The notes under the pieces were generated by a model. The model was given only the letters and a program-made list of their open reading frames with translations. It was not told the DNA's origin and did not search any database. Shown here in pieces: positions 41,560 through 49,525 of a stretch of DNA of 64,000 nucleotides; position 1 is the first letter of the stretch; each line of letters opens with the position of its first letter. The position numbers and the translations under genes were made by a program. The stretch comes from Candidatus Latescibacterota bacterium (lineage in GTDB: Bacteria; Latescibacterota; UBA2968; GCA-2709665), in contig OZ244744.1 of NCBI GenBank assembly GCA_965219455.1, forward strand, positions 1,280,001 to 1,344,000, in the 5' to 3' direction.

Positions 41560-42105
41560 CCCCCACCCTTTAACGTCCCCTATTTCCTTGCCCTTTTTCT
41601 TGCATCGCCCAAGAAAAAGGGCGAAAAAGAAGGGCGCCGCTCGGCGCGGAGCCGGTTTTTCCGTGAATCGCTTCAGTGGTACAAATGGGAATTGGGTGCC
41701 CTACAAGCCCTCCCGGAACTCCCGGCTTACGGAGATGTACGGAATGACACGGAAAAACCCCCAACTCCACCTCCGGACGGTCGTGTGTATTCCTGGCAAG
41801 GATCCCCGTCTGGATTTGCGTTTGTACCGCTCTTGGCTGACTGCTCTTCTTAGTTTCTTCGTGTCTCTGCGTGAGCCCGGTTTTCCTGGCTTTCCTCCCC
41901 CTTTCCTTTAGGAGAGGGGGCCGGGGGGAGAGGTCTCGCGCCGCGTTTGAGATTGTAGGGGCAACCCTTGTGGTTGCCCGCATTTCGGCGCTGAAGTCAA
42001 TCGCTTTGGATTTTGATTCAAGCTGATGGCTGACAGCCAATGGCTGGTTCTCGGTGTGGACCTCTCCCGTCTACCGTCTTCCCGCTTTCCACGTTCCGCT
42101 TCCAA
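41560..42105. repeat. Cluster of palindromic and short tandem repeat modules in the nagA/IMPase intergenic region
   Basis: Shares three modules with 494-668; 7-mer arrays at 42021-42105. Confidence 0.7.
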
Positions 42106-42148
42106 CTAACGATAACACCCGGCCAACCGATCCGCAATATGTTTTGTC

Positions 42149-42177
42149 TTGACATCACCGAGGGAATTTGGTATACT
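42149..42177 (+). promoter_or_regulatory. Near-consensus sigma70-type promoter with extended -10
   Basis: TTGACA-N17-TATACT, with TGG immediately before the -10. Confidence 0.8.
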
Positions 42178-42265
42178 CAATATTTGTTCGATCCTGCCTT
42201 TGTATGAGTCATATTAGTCCCGGAAAAACACAAAGTTAACTCACTTTACGTGGAAGGAATCACGA

Positions 42266-43213
42266 ATGGGTGACGATCAGGTTTTCGAAAACAGAATCGG
42301 TAACTTCAGTAGGACCGATAATGTAGACGACCTCACGGCGCTCGGCCTGGCGATCGTGGCGGAAACCCTGGATATTCTGCACGACTTGCAGGGCAAGGCC
42401 AGCGGCGCCATGGTCATCCGCACCCGCGAGGGCGATTACAAGAATTGGGACGCCGAGATCTTCGGTGTGGACGAAGCAGCTGAAGGGGCATACATTGGAA
42501 GGCTGAAGGAAAGCCCGCATCCGGTTGTGCTGCTTTCCGAAGAAGCCGGCATGGTCGATCTCACCGCCGGCAAAGAGGGAGACAAACTCTATGGCGTCTC
42601 CGATCCCTTCGACGGCAGCTGGTTGTACAAGAGGGGGCTGCCGTTCATGCAATACAGTTCCCTGGCGCTCTTCGACGCCAACTTCAATCCTCTTGTTTCC
42701 GTCACCGGCGACGTTTTCAACAAAGACCTGGCGTTTGCCAATGGTACCGGCGCCTATATGGCCAGGCTGGACGGAAACGGCTTAACCGGCGTGGAGATGC
42801 TGGATGAAAGCTATCGCAGGCAACGGCACGGGGAGGCGGCCTCCGGCATCAATGACGCCTGTGTCGAATCGTACCTCCTGAAACCGGCCAAATTCCTCAT
42901 GCCACTCATCGATGAATACAGGCCGGTCATCGATGCATTCAAAATGCTCCACCCCAACGGCGGCCCGTACGCATTCGCCGAGGCCGCGGCAGGGCAGATC
43001 GACGTCTACTTTGCCAGGCAGCAGCCCTACGTCGACGTCTTCTCCGGTATCCAGATCGCGGAACAGGCCGGCCTGGTTGTTACCGATTTCGACGGTAACG
43101 ACGTGCCGAAGCCCACTGAAGATTACGAGACCGTCTTCGACGTCCTGGTCAGCCGGACGCAGACCCTGCACGACCAAACCCTCGAGAAAATCTCGGAATG
43201 CAGAAAGGAATAA
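42266..43213 (+). CDS. Inositol monophosphatase/FBPase (FIG) superfamily phosphatase, divergent
   Basis: LSEEAG, SDPFDGS, VDVFSG..AEQAG..TDFDG. Confidence 0.8.
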   Translation: MGDDQVFENRIGNFSRTDNVDDLTALGLAIVAETLDILHDLQGKASGAMVIRTREGDYKNWDAEIFGVDEAAEGAYIGRLKESPHPVVLLSEEAGMVDLTAGKEGDKLYGVSDPFDGSWLYKRGLPFMQYSSLALFDANFNPLVSVTGDVFNKDLAFANGTGAYMARLDGNGLTGVEMLDESYRRQRHGEAASGINDACVESYLLKPAKFLMPLIDEYRPVIDAFKMLHPNGGPYAFAEAAAGQIDVYFARQQPYVDVFSGIQIAEQAGLVVTDFDGNDVPKPTEDYETVFDVLVSRTQTLHDQTLEKISECRKE

Positions 43214-43216
43214 CTG

Positions 43217-44188
43217 ATGGCCCATAACGGAACTGGCACGAAGGACGATCCGGTCATCGTTACCGAACTGGCGGGGGAAGATGTTCCCGGCGAGTTGAGA
43301 CCTTCCAACTTCTTCGACCTCGACAGATATCCGTTCGAGCACCGCGCGCTGGTGGACGGGGCAAGGTCGGTCGTGGATCTCATCGGCAAAGACGGAATCG
43401 AAAAATACGCAAGGGAATGGCTGGCCGAAAAAATCGGTTCGGCGGAAGGCGTGGAAGAACGGACCGGCCTCACCGGAATCGGGAACTACACCGTGCTGGT
43501 CGAACCCGGCGCCGTATGCGAACCTCTCTTCGTGCACGGATCGCTCGATGGCGGGGGCCACACGCTCTACGTCGCAAGAAACGCAAAGGTGGTGGGTGCG
43601 GTCGTCTACCTCGACAGTGGGGACATCTACGTCGGTTCCGGAGCCGTTATCGAGCCCACGGCCGGCGTGAAGGGCCCGGCCATCATCGGCCCGAATAACG
43701 AAATCCGTCAGGGCGCTTATCTCCGGGGCAACACCATCCTGGGCGGTCACAGGAAACAGGGTGACAACGCCATCCGGGGCGAACTCAAAAACGTTCTGTT
43801 GCTAAACGAAGCCAATTTCCCCCATCCCTCGTATCTCGGCGACAGCCTCTGCGGGTACGCCACCCACTTCGGCAACCAGGCCACGGCCGCGAACCTGGGC
43901 ATCATCCAGGGCGTTCGTGAACGGGACAAGCGCGTCAACCTGAAGGTCGAAATCAACGACAAATGGTACGACCTCGGCGGATCCAAAATGGGCGTGGTTC
44001 TCGGCGACAGAACCCAACTGGCCTGCGGATCCCTCACGGATCCAGGCACCCTGCTGGGGCCGACGTGCATCTCCTACGGCCTTGCGTACGTCAAAGCCGG
44101 CTACTATCCCGCCGGCACCATGTTCAAAACCCGGTCCGAGAGGGTCGTCGAGACGCAGAAAGGCATCTTCGATCCGGACAAGCTCTAG
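43217..44188 (+). CDS. Left-handed beta-helix (GlmU C-terminal-like) acyltransferase
   Basis: Hexapeptide repeats, GPAIIG..IRQGAYLRG, ELKN, PHPSYLGDS, ATAAN, KMGVVLGD. Confidence 0.8.
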   Translation: MAHNGTGTKDDPVIVTELAGEDVPGELRPSNFFDLDRYPFEHRALVDGARSVVDLIGKDGIEKYAREWLAEKIGSAEGVEERTGLTGIGNYTVLVEPGAVCEPLFVHGSLDGGGHTLYVARNAKVVGAVVYLDSGDIYVGSGAVIEPTAGVKGPAIIGPNNEIRQGAYLRGNTILGGHRKQGDNAIRGELKNVLLLNEANFPHPSYLGDSLCGYATHFGNQATAANLGIIQGVRERDKRVNLKVEINDKWYDLGGSKMGVVLGDRTQLACGSLTDPGTLLGPTCISYGLAYVKAGYYPAGTMFKTRSERVVETQKGIFDPDKL

Positions 44189-44233
44189 TATGCTGTCCCG
44201 GAAACAGGTTGCCTAAATTCGGGACAGCACACT
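44187..44233. mobile_element. Internally deleted 47-bp copy of the MITE
   Basis: AGTATGCTGTCCCGGAAACAGGTTGCCTAAATTCGGGACAGCACACT; overlaps the TAG stop of the upstream gene. Confidence 0.7.
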
Positions 44234-44425
44234 GGAAGACGTCCCGGCGAGGTCCGGCGGCGTCTTCCCATTCCAGAACAAGAACGACAACGCATTTCGA
44301 ATCCATCGGAAGCGTTGTCGTTTTCTCTTTTCGTCCGTCAACGTCCGCGGCGCGTCGGGATGTGTCCCAGAAGGCGGCCGAGAGAGGCCGCTTCCCGATC
44401 TCCGCGATTCCGGAAGGACAACTGG

Positions 44426-46009
44426 ATGATTGGCCAGAAAAACACGCATGAATGGATCCGGGCGATTCGCGGCCGGGACAACGATCTGATCTCCCGCCTT
44501 CAGTCCATCTACGGCAACAGCGAGAGCCTTCTTGAAGAACGTCTGAACGCCCTGTCGGAAACGGCGACCCGATTCGGGGAAGCCTACGGCGACAGGGGCA
44601 TCAGTTTTGTCAGGTCGCCGGGAAGATTGAACACCGTGGGCATGCACGCCGACCACCGGGGGGCCTTTATCAACCCCATCTCCCTGGACAAAGAGATCCT
44701 CATCTGTTTTTCCCGCAGAGACGACGACCGGGTTGAAGTCCACAATTTGGACCCGGCCTATGGAACCCGGCGTTTCCATTTGTCGGAAACGTACCCGGAC
44801 GCGCCGATCCGTTCTGACGCCGAGTGGCTGGACTGGACGCAGGAAAAAACCGACGAACGCAAGGCGGCGGGCGTAAACGAGGACTGGATTACAAAACTGC
44901 AGGCCCCGCCGGCCTACCTGCACACCCGCTATCCCGATAAACAGCTCATGGGCTTCGACGGGGTCCTGGGAAGCAGCATTCCCGACCAGGGCGGCTTGAG
45001 CTCCTCGTCTGCGGTTGTGGTTGCGTTGATCGAAATCATGACACACGTCAACGACATCGATCTGGACGACGGGCAGTTCGTAAGGTATGCGGGCACCGCG
45101 GAATGGTACGTGGGGACCCGGGGCGGCTTCGGCGACCACGCCGCGATCAAGTGCGGCCAACTGGGAAAAATCACCCACATGAAGACCCTGCCCGAGTTGA
45201 TGATCGACGCCTATCTTCCGTTCCCGGACGGTTATCAGATCGTCATCTTCGACTCGGGTGTCCAGGCCAACAAAACCGGAGCCGCCGGGCAGAAATTCAA
45301 TGAAAAGACGGCAACCTACGAGATTGGAGAGGTCTATCTCAGAAACCACCTGGAAGCACACCACCCGGACGTCATCCGACGGGTGGTGGAGGCCAGAAAA
45401 GATCTGGAAATCGAAAAAAAGTTCCACCTCGCCGACGTGGTCGAGTGCCTGGACCAGTCTCAGATTTATGAATTGATCGGGGGCCTGCCTGAACAGATTG
45501 ACCGCCGGGGGCTGCTGCGCCAGTTGCCTGAACAGAAGCGATTTCTTGAACAGCAATTCGCGACCCACGATGAACCTGCAAACGGCTACCAGGTCCGCAT
45601 GGTCATCACGTACGGGATCGCCGAGTCCGAACGCAGCAGAAATCTGAAGGACGTGTTGAACCGGAACCGGGTGGACCTCTACGGCCAGCTGATGAATGTC
45701 TCCCACGACGGCGACCGAGTGCACCTGGACGCGCCCCGATTCGACCCGGGAAAAGACCTCCACCTCCAGCCGGGCGACTACAATTGCAGCATCCCGCAGA
45801 TCGATGAAATGGTCGACGTCGCCCTGGATGCCGGCGCCGAGGGCGCGCAAGTATCCGGCGCCGGCCTGGGCGGAAGTATGATGGTCCTGGTCAAATCAGA
45901 CGGCGTGCAGGGTATCATCGAAGCCATGCGCGATAGGTACTACACCCTCCGCGGGATCGAGGAACGACTGACGGTTGCGTCTCCCGTTCAGGGCGCCGGG
46001 GTTTTGTAG
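44426..46009 (+). CDS. Galactokinase-like GHMP sugar kinase, divergent
   Basis: SPGRLNTVGMHADH, IPDQGGLSSSSA, GGFGDH, FDSG, GAQVSGAGLGG. Start at ATG 44426 (RBS AAGGA). Confidence 0.82.
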   Translation: MIGQKNTHEWIRAIRGRDNDLISRLQSIYGNSESLLEERLNALSETATRFGEAYGDRGISFVRSPGRLNTVGMHADHRGAFINPISLDKEILICFSRRDDDRVEVHNLDPAYGTRRFHLSETYPDAPIRSDAEWLDWTQEKTDERKAAGVNEDWITKLQAPPAYLHTRYPDKQLMGFDGVLGSSIPDQGGLSSSSAVVVALIEIMTHVNDIDLDDGQFVRYAGTAEWYVGTRGGFGDHAAIKCGQLGKITHMKTLPELMIDAYLPFPDGYQIVIFDSGVQANKTGAAGQKFNEKTATYEIGEVYLRNHLEAHHPDVIRRVVEARKDLEIEKKFHLADVVECLDQSQIYELIGGLPEQIDRRGLLRQLPEQKRFLEQQFATHDEPANGYQVRMVITYGIAESERSRNLKDVLNRNRVDLYGQLMNVSHDGDRVHLDAPRFDPGKDLHLQPGDYNCSIPQIDEMVDVALDAGAEGAQVSGAGLGGSMMVLVKSDGVQGIIEAMRDRYYTLRGIEERLTVASPVQGAGVL

Positions 46010-46054
46010 GGAGTACCGCGTGCCATCGGCATGTCGAGACGTTGAGGAGGCGCG

Positions 46055-46690
46055 TGTGAAGGTGGGGTAGACATTCCTGTCTGCCCTTCTCATTGTCCGC
46101 CTGCCGCCTGAAGAGGGATGGCAACCTCTCCCCCGGCCCCTCCCCGACGCGGGGAGGGGAGCAGTGCCTCACGTGCCGCCTGGCAGGCCGCGCGAGTGAC
46201 GGACGCTCAGGTCTCATTCGACGCTGCAGTAGATCCTTCGTCAGCCTGGCGCCTGCCTGTGCCGGGCACGGCAGACAGGGCTTCCTCAGGATGACAGTTT
46301 GTGCCGAGACCTGACAGACAGGTTTCGCGGATGCTGATTGCAAAGCATGTCATTCTGAGCGAAGTCGAAGAATCTCCCGTCTTCACGCTTGTCCTTAACG
46401 CCAAACACGCGGTAAACACATTTGCGCGGAGACGTCGTCGGCATCGAAGCGGGCAGACAGGAATGTCCGCCCCACCTTCAAAAACGTTCCGTCCTCAGGA
46501 TGACAGGTTGTGCCAAGACCTGACGGACAGGTTTCGCCAATGGTTATTGCAAAGCATGTCATTCTGAGCGAAGTCGAAGAATCTCCCGTCTACTCGATTG
46601 GCCTTAACGCCAAAAACGCGGTAAACACATTTGCGCGGAGACATCGTTGGCATCGGGGCAGGCAGGCCCCACCTTCAGACTTGTCTCCTC
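46055..46690. repeat. Repeat block: REP-like units, a 112-bp module, and composite repeat copies 3 and 4
   Basis: 46128-46239 is identical to 49053-49164; hairpin insertion at 46252-46279. Confidence 0.85.
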
Positions 46691-46725
46691 CGCATGACAG
46701 TTGCAACTATCGACCCCCTGTCATT

Positions 46726-48975
46726 CTACGCCGCCTTGCCGAAGGCCCAGGCGAAGACCAGGAAGTCCGCAAAGCCGATTGTCCCGTCCCGGTCCAGGTC
46801 AAAGCGCGGGTCGTAACCGACCTCGCCCCGGCTGAATCCGAACTTCGCGGCGAATTTGACGAAATCGCCAAAACCCACCTCGCCGTCGCCGTCGAAGTCC
46901 GGGACACGCGATTGTGTGGACGTAAACGAAGCCGTATCCCACAAATAGATCCAGAAGTCGGATGCGGCGGCCAACACGCCGCCGTCGGGCGAGAACGCTA
47001 TCGATTTGACCCAACTTGGCTGGGCGAACGTGTCAACTAACTTTTCACTCGTCACGTCCCACAGGTCGACCCTCCCAAGGCCTGAATCGGCTGCCAGGGC
47101 GCCGCCGTCGGGCGAGAACGCCACGTCCCCTACTCTTCGGTCACCCGCATCGAGCGTGGCGATGTGTTGCCGGGACGCCACGTCCCACAGTCTGACGGTA
47201 CCTTCCGTCGACCCCGAGGCCAACAGGCCGCCGTCGGGCGAGAACGCCACGGAATTGACGTGGTTGCCATGACCTTCCAGCGTGGCGATCTCTTCCCGGG
47301 ACGCCACGTCCCACAGCTTGATCGTCCTATCACCAGACCCCGAAGCCAGGGTGGTCCCATCGGGCGAGAACGCCAGAGACCTGACGCCTTGTGAAGTAGT
47401 ATGCCCCTTCAACGTCGCGATCTCTTCCCGGGACGCCACGTCCCACAGTATCACGGTACTATCCGATACCGAGGCCAACAGGTCGCCGTCCGGCGAATAC
47501 GCCACGGACCTGACGTAGTTGCCATGCCATTCCAGCGTGGCGACCTCTTCCCGGGACGCCACGTCCCACAGTGTGACGTTACCCTGCCACAATCCCGACG
47601 CCAGAGTGCTCCCATCGGGCGAAAACGCCACAGACGCGACCCCGTAAGTGTTAGGCGCTTCGAGCGTGGCGAGGTGTTGCCGGGACGCCACGTCCCACAG
47701 TCTGACGGTACCTTCCGTCGACCCCGCGGCCAATAGGCCGCCGTCAGGCGAGAATGCCACAGAGGTGAAAGCATCACAAGATTGATCCTTAAGGGACGCC
47801 AGGTGATACGGCGACTGTTGCGCAATCACAGACGAGACGGTTCCCGTGTTCCCATGCGTATCCGTAGATATACCCCACAAGAAATGCGCAGGGGAATCCG
47901 AAAGACTCGAATTGCGCTGGCCTGGTATAACGCCGTCATACTCGAACGCGACGATGGTCTCCGTTTCGCCTGCCAACATACGGCACGCCTTGACGTTCGG
48001 GATTGCACCCACTCGCCATTGGCGGGGGCTGCGAACCATCAGGATCACCTGGTGAACGCCATCCGGGTCGCTCACCCTCATCGGGATGGTCACGTGCGTC
48101 GAGCCGGCAGGATACCAGCGCGTGGGGGCGATGAATTCGATGGTGGGCCGCGATGACCAATCGGTTTCCTGTGAGATCTCGGGATTGAACCAGGACGCCA
48201 CCGACAGATATCCCGCCGAGCAGGCCGACAACCGCCACCGACTTCTTCCGCCAGACGACATGACGTGGTTTTTATCGCGGTAATCGTGCCAATCTATCCC
48301 GAAAGCATGGCCCAGTTCATGGGCGACTGTATTGAATCCGAAGCCTGCCGAAACGAACGCATAACCGTTGTTCTTATTCCCATTTCCCATTCCTGACCAC
48401 CCTCCGCCAGAGATATCGTAAATATGATCTTTACTGTTGTCAACAACGACAAGGTACACGTGGTAACGTCTTTCATACTCCCGAAAAATCTCGTTCAAGG
48501 AACGGTTACTCGTGGCTTTGAGATAATAGGCGTCGCCGTGATCGCCGTCCACGCGGTGCACCAGGGGCTCACCCTCCGAATCCGTCTCATAGCGGAAGTT
48601 CATCCCCCCGTACCCGTGCGCAGCCATCTGCTCTCCGAAGAACGTATGCGTCAGACGCATCATCGTCTTCATCGAATCCACCACCTCCTGACGATAGGGA
48701 CGGTCGTTCGGCAGAAAGTAGATCATGCGCACCGTGCGCGGCTCTCCCGCGTTCTTTTCCGCCGCCGCCTTCCCCGCATGCGGCAGATCCTCCCGCAGCC
48801 ACGCCTCGTCATCCACCACCGCGCCTGCCTGCGTACCGCGGACAGACAGGCAGAAGTGCACGCCGTCGGCAGGCGGCGACGAAACAGTAGCCACCGTCGG
48901 CAGACAGAGCACTACCAGTAAACACGCCGCCAGCGTGAACATCGACGTCAGCCAACGATCGCTCGATCTCTTCAT
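46726..48975 (-). CDS. Secreted metzincin-like peptidase + WD40 propeller + dockerin-like tail
   Basis: Signal peptide, GEPRTVRMIYFLPNDRP, HELGHAFGIDWH..VMS, about seven VAFSPDG..LWDV repeats, DFDGDGEVGFGDF..DLDRDGTIGFADF. Confidence 0.88.
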   Translation of the reverse strand: MKRSSDRWLTSMFTLAACLLVVLCLPTVATVSSPPADGVHFCLSVRGTQAGAVVDDEAWLREDLPHAGKAAAEKNAGEPRTVRMIYFLPNDRPYRQEVVDSMKTMMRLTHTFFGEQMAAHGYGGMNFRYETDSEGEPLVHRVDGDHGDAYYLKATSNRSLNEIFREYERRYHVYLVVVDNSKDHIYDISGGGWSGMGNGNKNNGYAFVSAGFGFNTVAHELGHAFGIDWHDYRDKNHVMSSGGRSRWRLSACSAGYLSVASWFNPEISQETDWSSRPTIEFIAPTRWYPAGSTHVTIPMRVSDPDGVHQVILMVRSPRQWRVGAIPNVKACRMLAGETETIVAFEYDGVIPGQRNSSLSDSPAHFLWGISTDTHGNTGTVSSVIAQQSPYHLASLKDQSCDAFTSVAFSPDGGLLAAGSTEGTVRLWDVASRQHLATLEAPNTYGVASVAFSPDGSTLASGLWQGNVTLWDVASREEVATLEWHGNYVRSVAYSPDGDLLASVSDSTVILWDVASREEIATLKGHTTSQGVRSLAFSPDGTTLASGSGDRTIKLWDVASREEIATLEGHGNHVNSVAFSPDGGLLASGSTEGTVRLWDVASRQHIATLDAGDRRVGDVAFSPDGGALAADSGLGRVDLWDVTSEKLVDTFAQPSWVKSIAFSPDGGVLAAASDFWIYLWDTASFTSTQSRVPDFDGDGEVGFGDFVKFAAKFGFSRGEVGYDPRFDLDRDGTIGFADFLVFAWAFGKAA

Positions 48976-49049
48976 ACCAGCATCACTCCTTTCGGGTCAT
49001 TGCCAACGTCACATCAAACACAGTCTCTTGACGCGCGACCGGACGGCGA

Positions 49050-49425
49050 CCCCTCCCCCGGCCCCTCCCCGACGCGGGGAGGGGAGCAGTGCCTCACGTG
49101 CCGCCTGGCAGGCCGCGCGAGTGACGGACGCTCAGGTCTCATTCGACGCTGCAGTAGATCCTTCTTCAGCCTGACGGCTTCCTCAGGATGACAGTTTGTG
49201 CCGACGGGTGGCCGACACAGTTCGCCAATCGCTATCGCAATACATGTCATTCAGAGCGCAGCGAAGAATCTCCCGTCTTCTCGATTGGACGTGGAGCGGA
49301 AGCCTTCACCAGCCCATTTGCGCGGAGACATCGTCGGGCATCGAGGCGGGCAGACAGGAATGTCCGCCCCACCTTCACACACGCTTCCTCACAGTGCGGG
49401 CGCCCACAAGGGACGCCCCTACACT
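49050..49425. repeat. Repeat block: the 112-bp module, composite repeat copy 5, and a GTAG REP
   Basis: Direct repeat of the 46128 block; empty site for the hairpin at 49176/49177. Confidence 0.85.
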
Positions 49426-49525
49426 GGCATCGGGGCGTGATGCGCATGGCCTGCCTGACAGGTGGGGTGGGTGTGTCGTGAAATGCGTCGCTGCTGTCAC
49501 ATTTTGCGACAGTGGGAGGGACATA

